Below are positions 29,219-41,713 of a DNA stretch of 64,000 nucleotides, in pieces; the first letter of the stretch is position 1; each line of letters begins with the position of its first letter. The DNA comes from an uncultured Nitrospiraceae bacterium (lineage in GTDB: Bacteria; Nitrospirota; Nitrospiria; Nitrospirales; Nitrospiraceae), in the NCBI GenBank assembly GCA_963730935.1, contig CAVSTP010000002.1, positions 896,001-960,000 of the forward strand. The letters are read 5' to 3'. The notes beneath the pieces were generated by a model. That model was not told the DNA's origin. It saw only the letters and a list, made by a program, of their open reading frames with translations, and did no database searches. The position numbers and the translations under genes were made by a program.

Positions 29219-30388
29219 TTGGACGAATGTCACCGACCTATTTCTATTTTGTTCTTGATCACCGGACTGATCGCTGACGGCGCCGAGAGAATGCTGTATC
29301 GGCTTATCTCCCGGATGGATAGAACGAGATTTGTCGTCACGGTCGTCAACATGGCCGATGTTGGCTCTCTCGGAGAACAGATACGGGCGGTGGGTGTCCC
29401 GCTCCGCTCATTGGGCATGAGCCCCGGCGTACCTAACCCGATGAGTTTTCTTCGGCTGGCTCGCTGGCTGAGACAGGATCCTCCTGATGTAATCCAAACG
29501 TGGATGTACCATGCCGACCTCGTCGGCGCCTTGGCGGCCAAGGTGGCTGGAGACATCCCGGTGGCATGGGGTATTCGCCATAGCGATCTAAGTAATCACG
29601 GCAGCCGGCGATTCACGATCCACACTATGAGGGTATGTGCCAAAGTGTCCAGGTGGCTTCCCGCGCGAATCGTCTGCTGCTCGCAAGCTTCTCAGCGGGT
29701 GCACACAGCGCTGGGCTATGCGTCCCAGAAAATGATCGTGATCCCTAATGGCTTCGATCTCCATGCGTTCAAGGCCGATCCGGCTGCACGCGAGTCGGTT
29801 CGGGCGGAACTGCAGATCCCGCCTGACGCGCCTCTTATAGGGTTGGTCGGTCGCTTTAACCCGCAAAAGGACCATCGTAATTTTGTGCGCGCTGCGGCAT
29901 TACTTCATCGCTCGCGGCCAGACGTCCATTTCCTGCTCTGCGGCGATGATATCACCTGGGAGAACGCGGAGTTGAGAGGGTGGATTGAGGAAGCGGGGAT
30001 AAGGAAGCAGTGCCGATTGTTCGGCAGGCGTAAAGACATGTCGCGTCTCACCGCCGCTCTTGATATTGCGGCTTCTTCGTCATCGTTTGGAGAAGGCTTT
30101 CCCAATGTGATAGGGGAAGCGATGGCATGTGGCGTGCCCTGTGCGGTCACGGACGTGGGGGATTCCGCGCTGATCGTGGGGCAGACGGGCCGGGTCGTGC
30201 CGCCTCAGAACCCGAAAGAGCTGGCGAAAGCCTTGCACGAGTTAGTGGAACTTGGGCGTGAAGGACGGACCCGGTTGGGAATGGCCGCTCGCCGTCGCAT
30301 CAAAGAGCATTTTGATTTGCCGGACATTGTAACGCGGTACCAGAACCTGTATCAGGAACTTGCGATGCTCGCGGGTGTTAGGATTTGA
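29219..30388 (+). CDS. GT4 glycosyltransferase
   Basis: GAERML, PDVIQTWMYHADL, GRFNPQKDH, SSFGEGFPNVIGEAMACG. Confidence 0.93.
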   Translation: MDECHRPISILFLITGLIADGAERMLYRLISRMDRTRFVVTVVNMADVGSLGEQIRAVGVPLRSLGMSPGVPNPMSFLRLARWLRQDPPDVIQTWMYHADLVGALAAKVAGDIPVAWGIRHSDLSNHGSRRFTIHTMRVCAKVSRWLPARIVCCSQASQRVHTALGYASQKMIVIPNGFDLHAFKADPAARESVRAELQIPPDAPLIGLVGRFNPQKDHRNFVRAAALLHRSRPDVHFLLCGDDITWENAELRGWIEEAGIRKQCRLFGRRKDMSRLTAALDIAASSSSFGEGFPNVIGEAMACGVPCAVTDVGDSALIVGQTGRVVPPQNPKELAKALHELVELGREGRTRLGMAARRRIKEHFDLPDIVTRYQNLYQELAMLAGVRI

Positions 30389-30390
30389 AC

Positions 30391-31180
30391 ATGTGTGTGC
30401 ATGTTAACTATCTCTATCTCTTGAGCAAAGCGACATTCGACTCACCGTCAAGGTGGCCCGGTGATTCTGGATTATGGTTGTGGCAGCGGCGAACTCATTG
30501 AGGAAGGGAGACAGAGCGGGAATCCAAATCTATGGTGCCGAAATCTTCTACGAAGGAGACACCGGCCGGCATGAAATCGAGAAAAAAGGATGGTTCGGCA
30601 CAATCGTAAGGGAAATAGAAAACGGCGTAATTCCATTTCATGATGATTTTTTCGATATGGTAATCAGTAACCATGGTAGTTGAACATATTGAAAATTTGG
30701 ATGGAGTACCCTTTACGAGATTCATTCGCATCTTAAAACCCGGGGGAACATTTTTGTGCTTGTTTCCGACCAAGGAAAGGATCAGAGAAGGACATTGCGG
30801 CCTTCCATTTATTCACTGGTTTCCAAAACGGTCGAAGCTCAGGTTTTATTATGCCGTCGCGTTGAGAAAAATTGGGTTTGGATACCACAAAGGAGACAAA
30901 TCCGCATCACAATGGGCGAGCGATTTTCTCCAATGGTTGGATGCCTTTACGTATTACCGAGACCGGGCAATCCATCTGTGGCGAATTTAAGAGATATTTT
31001 GTAATTTCCTTAATTGAACATGATTACATCATTTTTCGTCTGAACAGGCATGGATGGAGTTTCTTGTCCCGCATCTTTCAATTGCCTTTGATCCGACCGC
31101 TCGGTTGCCATCTGTTTCGTCGGCTGGCCGGGCTCGTCATCTTAGCCCGCAAGGGAGAGCATCCCGACCGGAGCCTGATG
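30391..31180 (+). CDS. Class I SAM-dependent methyltransferase, frameshifted (end approximate)
   Basis: ILDYGCGSGELI, IPFHDDFFDMVISN, EHIE, RILKPGG, EGHCGLPFIHWF. Confidence 0.8.
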
Positions 31181-31300
31181 ACCGGAAAACGGCAGGAAGT
31201 GTTCGGCAGCATCGCTTCTTCACCGGCGCAAGTGAAAAACTTCCAAGACCTCCCCTTTAAGCACGATTCCAAAAACGGCTATTTATTGAGAGGCATATTC

Positions 31301-33318
31301 ATGTGCGGGATTAGCGGGTTTCTTGATACATCCAATCGGTTCGGAAACCATGAGCTTCAGGACATAGTCTTGAAGATGGTGGATACCCTTCACCATCGTG
31401 GACCGGACGATAGCGGCGCATGGGCGGATGCGAAGCCGGAATCGCATTAGGGCATCGGCGGTTATCGATCCTCGATCTTTCTCCGGAAGGCCACCAGCCG
31501 ATGCACTCGGCCTGTGGACGATATGTGATCAGCTTTAATGGAGAGATCTACAACTTTAGGGCGCTGCGCAAGGAATTGGAAGGCTTAGGGTATGAGTTTC
31601 GTGGCCACTCGGACACTGAGGTGATGTTGGCCTGCATTTCGCAATGGGGTCTTGTCTCGGCAGTGAAACGTTTTAACGGATGTTCGCATTTGCCTTATGG
31701 GATCGTGGAGAAAGACAGCTACACCTGGTTCGTGACCGTCTCGGAGAAAAGCCGCTGTATTATGGATGGATGGGCAAGACCTTTATGTTTGGCTCGGAGT
31801 TAAAGGCATTGCGGGCACATCCGGATTTCAAGATTGAGGTGGATCGAGATGCGCTTGCCCTGTATATGCGGCACAATTATATTCCCGCTCCCTATTCGAT
31901 CTATCAGGGCATCCATAAGGTGCTCCCCGGAACGATCGTGACGATGTCCCGGACGTTGGGATTCCTCCTCACCTCACGCCCTATTGGTCCGCCAGGCCGC
32001 CGCTGAACGAGGCGTGGCTGAACCCTTTACTGGATCGAGATGAGGCCGTGGCCGGCCTGGATGAATTGTTGCGAGATGCGGTGAAACTTCGGATGCAAGC
32101 GGACGTGCCACTGGGGGCATTTCTTTCCGGCGGGATCGATTCATCCATGATCGTGGCGCTGATGCAGGCCCAAAGCGGGAGGCCGGTCAAACCTTTACCA
32201 TCGGTTTTTACGAGGCGCTACAACGAAGCCGAACATGCCAAAGCGGTGGCACAGCATTTGGGAACGGCCCACACCGAACTCTACGTGCGGCCAGAAGAAG
32301 CGATGGCGGTGATTCCGCGGTTGCCAGTCCTGTATGATGAGCCATTTTCCGACTCTTCGCAAATTCCCACTTTTCTGATTTCTGAACTGGCTCGGCGGGA
32401 TGTAACGGTCAGCCTGTCAGGCGATGGAGGGGATGAACTATTCGGCGGGTACGATCGCTATTTTTGGGGCATGAGCATTTGGCGGAAGATGAGCTGGATG
32501 CCGCTAGACCTAGGGGCTTGGCCGCCAAAGGCTTGAGGATGCTTTCACCCGACACGTGGGAGACAATCTTCCGATCTGTGGCCCCTATGCTTCCCAAGAA
32601 ATTACTAGTCGCCGGAACCCCGGAGACAAAGTTCACCGACTTGCCGAGTTATTGATGGCCGAAGGCCGGAAGCGCTCTATCTCGGTCTGGTTTCCCATTG
32701 GAAAACCCCGCCCCATTAATCAGTGGGGCTTCGGAGCCAGCGACGGTATTCACGGACCGACTCAGTGGGCCGATCTGCCGGATTTTCCTCATCGCATGAT
32801 GTACTTCGACATGATGATCTATTTGCCAGACGACATTCTGGTCAAAGTGGATCGTGCCAGCATGGGCGTGAGCTTGGAGGCGCGCGTGCCGTTTCTGGAT
32901 CATCGCGTCGTCGAGTTTGCCTGGCAAATTCCCCTCTCCATGAAAATCCGAAAGGGCCAAGGGAAATGGCTGCTGCGCCAGCTGCTCTATCGATATGTGC
33001 CGAAGGCGTTGGTCGAACGACCGAAGATGGGTTTTGGCGTCCCGCTCGATATCTGGTTGCGGGCCGTTACGCGAATGGGCCGAATCTCTTTTAGATGAGA
33101 AACAGTTGCGCGACCAGGGATTCTTCGATCCAAATCCAATTCGTGAGATGTGGGCCGAGCATCTCTCCGGCCGACATAATTGGCAGTATCACCTGTGGGA
33201 TGTGCTCATGTTTCAGGCGTGGCTGCAACACGAACGACATAAGAAGCCGGAATTATTTTCTCTTTTTCCTTTTTTGACCCATACACACATCGCGCGTCTT
33301 ACCAATGCTAGACAGTGA
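31301..33318 (+). CDS. asnB: Asparagine synthetase (glutamine-hydrolysing)-type amidotransferase, frameshifted
   Basis: [75 protein letters not shown]. Confidence 0.92.
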
Positions 33319-33630
33319 AGATATCACCACCGACCATCGCAGGTCCTAGTACGAAGGAAGTTCTCCATCGTAAGGATCGGACAATCAGGTGCGAGTGGGA
33401 GAGATGGCGATCGAGCCGCGAAGGATTTCAATCAATCAAGTATCGCGTGAGTATTCCTGTGGGACATGTTCCAATCCTCATCAAGTCTTCGATCTGACCC
33501 TTATCTTCAAAACGATTCTGGCGCTGATTCCAGGAAAGTATGTTGACCCGCTTTCAACGTCCTAAGCCGATGTCCGCGATGAGATCCAGGTGTACACCAC
33601 ATGATTTCTACGCATAGGAGGTCATGAACC

Positions 33631-34861
33631 ATGGGAATGCTCCAGGTCGGTGGTGCAGAAGGGATGACACTGCCTGTCGGCTCTACAACGTCCGGCAGTG
33701 TTCCTTCTGCACTGTCCGCCTATGAAGGTCAATTTGCCGGACTCTTTCCAAAAGATACTCAGGCGTTCGCTTTTTGGAAGGGCCGAGTCGCGTTGTACGC
33801 CATCTTGGAATCTCTGGGCATCGGTCCTGGTGATGAGGTCATCGTCCCTGGTTTTACATGTGTGGTCGTGCCCAATGCCGTCCTCTATCGCGGCGCACGC
33901 CCGGTCTATGTCGATATTGAAGGCACCTCGTTTACCATGGACGTTTCTGATATCGCCAAGAAAATCACCAGCCGGACCAAGGCAATCATAGTCCAGCACA
34001 CATACGGAATTCCTGCAGAGATGGATGCCATCATGGCTATCGCGGTCCGAGGAGGGATTCCTGTCATCGAGGATTGCGCACATGCGCTCGGCTCGACCTA
34101 CAAAGACAGAATCGTCGGCTCAATCGGTGCCGCGGCTTTCTTCAGCTCTCAATGGTCAAAGCCGTACACGACAGGTATGGGGGGAATGGCGGTCTCTGCG
34201 GATCGGAGCCTTTGCCTGAAACTGGCATCGATTCAAGCTCGCTATTCCCGACCCGGGCTCAAGGAAGTCAGCCTGCTCCGTCTTCAAATGAGTATTTACC
34301 ATAAGTTCTTCGTCGCCGCGGCTTTTCTGGATGGCGATGAGGATGTTGAATGTACTTAGCAAGACAGGGTTGTTCATCGCGTCGTCTTCACAGGAAGAGC
34401 TAATGGGCGCGAAACCCGCCGGATATGAAAAGCGCATGTCCGAATTCCAGGCTTTGCGCGGCGTGATAGAACTATCGCAGCTCGGGGACAATCTCGCTTC
34501 TCGCGAGCAGCTTGCAGATCGGTACAGCCGGCTACTTCGTGATAGCGGGCTCAAGCCGGTGACAATTCCGCCGGGAAGTAGGCCAGTGTTGTTGCGCTAT
34601 CCACTTCTTGTGAAAAATAAGCCGGCAGTACTAGCCGAAGCGCAACGACGCGCCATTGAAATAGGAAGTTGGTTCGATTCCGTCATCCATCCTTCAGGTT
34701 CACCGCTAAAGGATATGGGGTATTTGCCTGGGCAATGTCCGGTTGCAGAGCGCGTCGTCCAGCACATGGTGAATCTGCCTCTGCATCGTAGAGTGTCTGA
34801 ATACGACGCCCTACGCGTAGTGGACTTCATTAACGAGATGCGAGGACGTGCATACGTCTAG
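33631..34861 (+). CDS. DegT/DnrJ/EryC1 family PLP aminotransferase, one frameshift near 34320
   Basis: GDEVIVPGFTC, VIEDCAHALG, FFSSQWSK, VNLPLH. Confidence 0.88.
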
Positions 34862-35218
34862 CAGTGAGCGCAGCACAAGTAAGAGTTCGCTCGACTGCAG
34901 CAATCTCCTGGTAGAGTATGTGCGTGGTAGGAAGGTTGAGCGCGTTTGACATTCACGCGAAAGCCTAAACACCGTGTGGGACGCATTTGGCATGGTCGAA
35001 AGTGTGGCTTGGCTAGAGCACGCAGCCTGGTTTTCGAAGGAGCAACGGCAGTGAAGAAGTTATTTGACGCGATTCGATTGGCTATGGTTGTAACCGCATT
35101 TATAGTTGCAGTTTCCTTTCTCAGTCCCTCGCCGCGTGACGGAGAAGGACTGGGAAAGAGCATGCGCCTCTCGTTCTCATATACCTCACTAACGCCGGAA
35201 GCCTAACATCGAGGAATC

Positions 35219-36430
35219 ATGCATACTGCAACTCAACTCACACATGACGATCCCACAACCAAGTCCAGAAGGACTCCAATGGCTATTCCTGGAGTGGGAT
35301 ATTCCCGGCAGAAAACCGCGCCCCTCCTACTACTGAATGACGAGAAGTATTTTCACGTCCATCGGTTAGATCACGCCAGAGCGGCTAGGGAAGCCGGCCT
35401 AGAGGTAGTTGTTTCCACCCGTGTGGAAGTTGATGGGAAGGGGATCGAACAGGAAGGATTTCGGTATCTCCCAAATCCCTTCAAGAGAGGCATTCGACCG
35501 CCCTTGCAGGACCTATCCGCGCTAGCGAAATTGACTAAACTTTACCAACGAGAGAAGCCCGACATTGTCCATCATTTTGCATTGAAGCCCGTTCTTTACG
35601 GTTCGTGGGCTGCGCGGCAAGCCGGGATTCCGTCCGTGGTCAATACATTCACTGGCCTTGGATTCGCATTCATGAGAAATGAGTGGCGATCTCGTCTGCT
35701 GCGCATCGGACTGACGGCTGCTTTACGTTCCGCGCTCAGCATTCCTAATTCCCGTGCGCTGTTCGAGAACGCAGCAGATCGGGATCGATTGATTGGCGCC
35801 AAAGTCGTGCGGCGGGAACAAACCGCATTGGTCAGGGGCACCGGCATAGATATCGGAAGGTTTCACTTCACATTGGAGCAGGAAAGCACACCAGTAGTTG
35901 TGCTGGCATGCCGAATGCTGTGGGACAAAGGAGTGGGCGAATTCGTTCAAGCTGCGAAATTGCTGAAGGAGAAACACGTCCCAGGACGGTTCATCCTCGT
36001 CGGTACCCCTGATCCTGACAGTCCGACGACAATCTCTGAGGCTCAACTGTTAGCTTGGCAACAAGAGGGGAATGTCGAATGGTGGGGTTATCGAGATAAT
36101 ATGCCCGAGATTCTCGCCTCCGCTCATGTAGTAGTGCTCCCCTCATACTACGAAGGGCTTCCAAGAATTTTGCAAGAAGCATGTGCTAGCGGTCGCCCGA
36201 TCGTGGCCACCTCGATCCCGGGTTGTTCCGAGGCTGTGCGGCATGGAGAAAACGGTTTCCTTATGCCGCCGAGATCTCCAGTCGCGCTAGCTGAGGCGAT
36301 TAATATGCTCCTGGAAAATCCCAGCCTCCGACGCCGTATGGGAATGTGCGGACGCGAGATCGCACAACGTGAGTTTTCGGCGGAGCGCTGTTGGGAAGCA
36401 TCGCGCTCTATCATGAATGCTGATAGAACT
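35219..36430 (+). CDS. GT4 glycosyltransferase (3' end frameshifted)
   Basis: PDIVHHFALKPVLYG, RMLWDKGVGEF, LPSYYEGLPRILQEA. Confidence 0.88.
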
Positions 36431-36451
36431 TTCCGACGCCTAAGTTTTAAA

Positions 36452-38440
36452 GGTGGATTCCACAGTGGGAGTACAGTGCTGCTAACTTCCTTTCTTGTCG
36501 TTCTTATTGCTTGGTGTCCTCGCTGGTGTTGACGCCGATCGTTCGCGATGTGGCCGTTCGTCTCGGCGCGGTGGACAAACCTGGAGAACGGAAAATTCAT
36601 CGTCTTCCGGTCCCGAACCTCGGCGGGGTTAGTGTTTTTCTGTCCGTATGTCTCACGATTTTCATCGCCCACGAGCTTCAACTGATCAGCGGAGGAGTCA
36701 TCTTTGGTGTTGGAGAACCTACAGAGATACTATGGGGGATAGTCATAGTCTTTCTTATCGGCGTCTATGATGATCTCAACCCTGTCCCACCGTGGGTGAA
36801 GTTTTTGTTCCAATGTATTGCAGCCGGTATCGTCATCTGGTCTGGTATTCGAATCGATGTGATTTCGATCTTCGGTTCAGGTTCCATCAATCCCGGGATA
36901 TTCGCGGTCCCACTCACCTTCTTATGGATCGTCGGCCTGACCAATGCCTTTAATCTCATCGATGGATTGGACGGGCTGGCGGCTGGCTTGGGCATTATTG
37001 CGGCAACAACGAGCGCGATAATCTTTTTCATTGCCGGAGCGGCGCCATCAGAAGGTGCGTTGCTGCTCATACTGGCAGGGGCTCTGGCTGGATTTCTCCG
37101 CTATAACTTCCATCCCGCTTCGATCTTTCTGGGTGATTCCGGAAGCCAGGTTATTGGGTATATGTTGGCGACATTATCGGTGGCCGGGTCTCAAAAGGCG
37201 GCCATTGCACTGCCGGTAATCATTCCGCTGCTGGTGTTCGGCTTGCCCATTCTGGATACATTACTGTCAATGCTTCGCCGAGCCGGAAAGGAATTACGAT
37301 CCCGCCCAGAAGATCGCATAAGTCTCACAAGGTGGATTCACTCGATGAAGCGAATGTCCGTAGCGGACCGGGATCATGTTCATCACCGCCTGCTCGCGAT
37401 GGGTTTGACCCATCGCGCTGCTGTACTCATGCTGTATGGTCTCGCGTCAGGACTTTCGCTTCTTGCGTTCATCGCGGTCATTGCAGATTATCGCAATGCC
37501 GGGGCAATTCTTCTGACGGTCATCATTGGCGCATATGTTGGTATTCGGAAGCTGGGCTACGAAGAAATTGCCTTAGTGAAGACCAGCGCCCTGCTACAGT
37601 GGGATGAGCGAATGATCCTGACGCGATTGTCGTCCCTCGCCCTTATGGATGGTGCGTTAATCACTACCGCGTACTGGGGCGCATTCGCCTTAAAATACGA
37701 CGGTGCGTGGGCATCCGGGATTACGAGTTGGTTTGTCGTTGCCTTTCCGGTTGTGCTTATCATTCAGATCGGTGTCCTTCGAGGCTTAGGTCACTATCGA
37801 GGTATCCGACGCGCGATGGGAATTGCAGATCTTCTTCCCCTGGGTTTGGCGGTTGCCGTTGCCGTCGTCCTTTCTTATGTCGTATCGGCGATCAGTTCAA
37901 CTCCCTCAGGCGTTGCGAGCTTCTTCGGCATCGATGGGATACTTTTGGAAATCCTTGTCATCGGCGGGCACAGTGCTTACATGGTTCTAGCTCATCTGCG
38001 CCGCCGGGGCACAGTGAGCAAAGATGTTCATGTTCTCATTTATGGAGCAGGGCGACGGGGTGAATCGATAGTGAGGGAGTTACAGGAAAATCGAGGTCTC
38101 GACCTGTGTCCGATCGGCTTTCTGGATGATGATCCGAATCTCGCTGGACTCAAGCTCAATGGTGTACCAGTACTCGGAAGCTAGTCGGGACCTGGCTACT
38201 GTCATTCGTTCTCAAAAAGTCTCGGCGGTGGTCATCTCCACTCATAGGATCCCTGCTGAGCGCCTGGTCTCTCTCATGAAACTCTGTTCAGAACAACGAA
38301 TGCCCGTTTTGCGATATGATTTCCAATTAGAGCGCCTATCAGGCGTCGGATCGTCTTTGATTCGTGAAAATGCAGAACGGAGGGACCAAATCGCGACGGG
38401 GAGTAGAGTGGCATCGGTACGAGAGTATTCTGCTCCGTAA
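36452..38440 (+). CDS. MraY/WecA-family initiating phosphoglycosyltransferase fused to a CapD/PglF-like membrane plus Rossmann segment; frameshifts at both ends
   Basis: RKIH..PVPNLGG, GVYDD, NAFNLIDGLDGLA, FLGDSG, DRDHVHHRLL; then VLIYGAGRRG, PIGFLDDDP, NGVPVLG. Confidence 0.85.
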
Positions 38441-38886
38441 AGGTGGCCACGCCCTGGCTCTCGTATAGGGAGAAGTTCTAATGACTCTGAACACGCTTAC
38501 TTCCTGTGTCAATCTCCGACTTGTCCACAGTTCCACAATACTTGCACTCGGGCTGAAGCCTGCGGCGGCTTTACAGAAGGGAGGAGTTAACCGATACGGC
38601 AGATTTGTGCTCGTCTACTGGTTCATTCAATTACCTCGATCACGTCTCCCGTCCCTGCCGACCAGAAGGCTCCGAGTGGGGGAAGCTTGTAATGATAAAC
38701 TCTCCGACCTCCCTTTCGTGAAAGATCGTTAAAGCCCGTGCTTGTTAGCGCCACGAGATCCTGATTCAAACATCTCAACTTCTGTAGAGCTGTGGACATG
38801 GGGAAATAACTTTGCGTCTGCCTAGACTCTGCGCGGATTATCATCCCCTTCTAGAAGTCGCTCCTAACTTGGAAAGGTAAAACCAC

Positions 38887-40098
38887 ATGTCACTGAATGC
38901 ATCCGGCATGTCCGTTCGAGAGAAATTTCTTCCCTTTGCATTGCCTTCTATCGGAGAAGACGAGATTCATGAAGTAGTGGACTCCCTGCGTTCCGGCTGG
39001 ATTACAACTGGCCCCAAGGTAAAGCGATTCGAAGGAGATTTCGCTGGATACGTCGAAACCAAGCACGCGATCGCCGTCAACTCATGCACGGCAGCAATTC
39101 ACGTTGCACTAACTGCCATGGGTATTGGTCCAGGGGACGAAGTGATTGTGCCGACGCTGACATTTTGCTCTACGGCAAATGTGGTGGTTCACCGCGGGGC
39201 AAGACCGGTGCTCGTCGATTGCGGCGAGGACTTTAATGTGAAGCCCGAGGATATTGAGCAAGCCATTACCCCTCGCACTCGAGCAATCATTCCGGTTCAC
39301 TATAGTGGACAGGCATGTGAACTGAATCCCATCTATGAGCTTGCGCGGAAACACAATCTCGCAGTCATTGAGGATGCTGCCCATGCGGTGGGTTCGGAAT
39401 ACCATAACCAGAAGATTGGGGCTGATCAGCTGGGACATGCTTTGGATGCAGCGCAGCGTGTGACGTGTTTCAGTTTCTATGCAACAAAGAACCTGGCGAC
39501 CGGTGAAGGCGGCATGATCACAACCGCTGATCCAAAGCTCGCCGAGTTCATGCGACTTTTGAGCCTCCACGGCATGAGCAAAGATGCCTGGAAGCGCTAC
39601 AGCGGGTCCGGTTCCTGGTATTACGAAGTGCTCGCAGCGGGATACAAAGATAACATGACGGATATTCAGGCAGCCATGGGGATCCATCAGCTCAAAAGGC
39701 TTGACGAGTTCATCGAAAGGCGCGCCCACTATGCCAGGCTCTATGATGAAGCCTTTGCGGCCATGCCTGAAATCGACACGCCGCTCGTGCGAGCCAATCG
39801 AAAGCACGCATGGCACCTGTATGTCATTAAGTTGAGCCTCGAACGATTGGCTATTGATCGTTCGCAATTCATTGAACAACTGCGCGCCCGCAACATCGGC
39901 GCAAGCGTCCATTTTATTCCCGTGCACCTTCATCCCCACTACCAAGATCGATTTGGGTACCACAGGGGTGATTTAAAGAATGCCGAGTACCTCTACGACC
40001 GAATCGTCTCATTACCGCTCTATCCGGGAATGACCGAAGAAGATGTCCAAGACGTCATTGGGGCGGTCCGAGATGTGATTTCCTCGAACAGGAGGTGA
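38887..40098 (+). CDS. DegT/DnrJ/EryC1 family sugar aminotransferase
   Basis: SGWITTGP, AVNSCTAA, IEDAAHA, FSFYATKNLATGEGG, SLPLYP. Confidence 0.95.
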   Translation: MSLNASGMSVREKFLPFALPSIGEDEIHEVVDSLRSGWITTGPKVKRFEGDFAGYVETKHAIAVNSCTAAIHVALTAMGIGPGDEVIVPTLTFCSTANVVVHRGARPVLVDCGEDFNVKPEDIEQAITPRTRAIIPVHYSGQACELNPIYELARKHNLAVIEDAAHAVGSEYHNQKIGADQLGHALDAAQRVTCFSFYATKNLATGEGGMITTADPKLAEFMRLLSLHGMSKDAWKRYSGSGSWYYEVLAAGYKDNMTDIQAAMGIHQLKRLDEFIERRAHYARLYDEAFAAMPEIDTPLVRANRKHAWHLYVIKLSLERLAIDRSQFIEQLRARNIGASVHFIPVHLHPHYQDRFGYHRGDLKNAEYLYDRIVSLPLYPGMTEEDVQDVIGAVRDVISSNRR

Positions 40099-41678
40099 TT
40101 CTGATGTTAGCGACTGAACATGCACGTCCTTCACGTCCTTTGTTGGAGGCCGGTGTGCGAATGGCAGCCGACGTCGTGATGGTCAACGCAGCTTGGGCTG
40201 CCGCCTTGCTTGCACGACTCGGCTTCGAGATTGGCATGCAAGAGCAGGGGGTACCTCACAGAGGATTGATAGAGTACGTGGATATATTCTTCGGCACCTT
40301 TGGGATTCTCACGATCATCTCACTGGTCGTGTTCTGTGCTAGTGGATTTTATACGCGTGGCAGATTCTATCAGGGCAAATATAAGGCGCTCGTTGTAGGT
40401 CAGGCGGTCAGCGTCAGCTATCTCGCCTTTGGGTTTGTCGCGTTCTTCTTTGGTATTGCTGTGGGGCTCCCCCGTGGGGCATGGTTTGTGGGCTGGATCC
40501 TCACATGCGCCTTCCTCATTACGGCGCGGCTGTGGTCCATGTTATGGAAAACCTTTGTTACTGGTGAGACTGAAAAACGGGATCCGACTGTTCGACCGCA
40601 AAGTGCTAGGAGAGTCCTGGTCATTGGCGGCGCGGGCTACATCGGTTCGGCGTTGCTTCCGAAGCTCTTGGAACGCGGCTACCATGTGCGTCTCTTGGAT
40701 CTGTTCCTGTTCGGAAGAGAGCCCATTGCGAATCTTCTTGGTCATCCCAATCTTGAAATTATCGAAGCTGACTTCCGGCACATGGACAAGATAGTTCGGG
40801 CGATGCGGGGAATGGACGAGGTCATCCACCTAGGAGGCATCGTTGGCGATCCCGCTTGCTCGCTAGATCAAGAACTCACCGTCGAAGTAAATTTGATCGC
40901 CACACGGATGATTGCAGAGGCTGCGAAGGGCAGCGGCATCCGACGATTTTGTTTTGCCAGCACATGTTCGGTGTATGGCGCCTGTGATCAGATTCTCGAC
41001 GAGCGATCGGAAGTGAATCCTATCTCCCTCTATGCGCAGAGCAAGCTCGCCTCGGAAAATGTGCTCAGGACAATGGCTGACGAGTCTTTCTGCCCGGTCA
41101 TGCTGCGTTTTGGCACGGTCTATGGGCAATCGGGGCGAACGAGATTTGATTTGGTCATCAATTTGCTGACCGCCAAAGCATTCGTTGAGGGAACGATTAC
41201 CGTGTTCGGTGGGGGACAATGGAGACCCTTTGTGCACGTCGATGATGCCGCTCTGGCATTGGTAAAAGCGGTTGAAGCACCGGCAGAAATGGTCGGCGGT
41301 GAAGTGTTCAACGTAGGTTCCAATGAACAGAATTATCAGCTCGGAGAAGCTGCGCAAGCGATCCAGTCATTGGTTCCGAAGGCCGGCATTGTGGAGATGG
41401 GAGCCGGTACGGACTTTCGCAATTATCGGGTGGACTTCACGAAGATCACGCGAACGATGGGTTTTATCCCGCGGTGGACATTGCAAGAGGGAATCAAACA
41501 AATCATTGCCGCCTTGGAAAGCGGTGAAGTGGAAGACTATCGGCATTCAATGTATAGCAACGTGAAGTTCCTGAGCGAGGATAGTAACTGCCACCTGATC
41601 CGACGGGAAATGGGATGGGCGGTGCGCTTGATGAATCAAGGGGTTGAGCCGCGAACAACGGTTGGCGCTATCAACTGA
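40095..41678 (+). CDS. NAD-dependent epimerase/dehydratase with an N-terminal membrane domain
   Basis: Four TMs, then VIGGAGYIG, ASTCSVYG, YAQSK, LRFGTVYG. Confidence 0.9.
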   Translation: MILMLATEHARPSRPLLEAGVRMAADVVMVNAAWAAALLARLGFEIGMQEQGVPHRGLIEYVDIFFGTFGILTIISLVVFCASGFYTRGRFYQGKYKALVVGQAVSVSYLAFGFVAFFFGIAVGLPRGAWFVGWILTCAFLITARLWSMLWKTFVTGETEKRDPTVRPQSARRVLVIGGAGYIGSALLPKLLERGYHVRLLDLFLFGREPIANLLGHPNLEIIEADFRHMDKIVRAMRGMDEVIHLGGIVGDPACSLDQELTVEVNLIATRMIAEAAKGSGIRRFCFASTCSVYGACDQILDERSEVNPISLYAQSKLASENVLRTMADESFCPVMLRFGTVYGQSGRTRFDLVINLLTAKAFVEGTITVFGGGQWRPFVHVDDAALALVKAVEAPAEMVGGEVFNVGSNEQNYQLGEAAQAIQSLVPKAGIVEMGAGTDFRNYRVDFTKITRTMGFIPRWTLQEGIKQIIAALESGEVEDYRHSMYSNVKFLSEDSNCHLIRREMGWAVRLMNQGVEPRTTVGAIN

Positions 41679-41713
41679 CCTTCCTCACGATCCTGTCATT
41701 GCTTGCATTCCTT

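Noticed and set aside
30872..31450. Apparent methyltransferase-AsnB fusion ORF
   Set aside because: AsnB needs an N-terminal Cys and has its own RBS and MCG start at 31301; the read-through probably reflects indels
34850..35206. Possible gene remnant between the aminotransferase and the GT4 gene
   Set aside because: Multiple stops and no motif strong enough to assign a family
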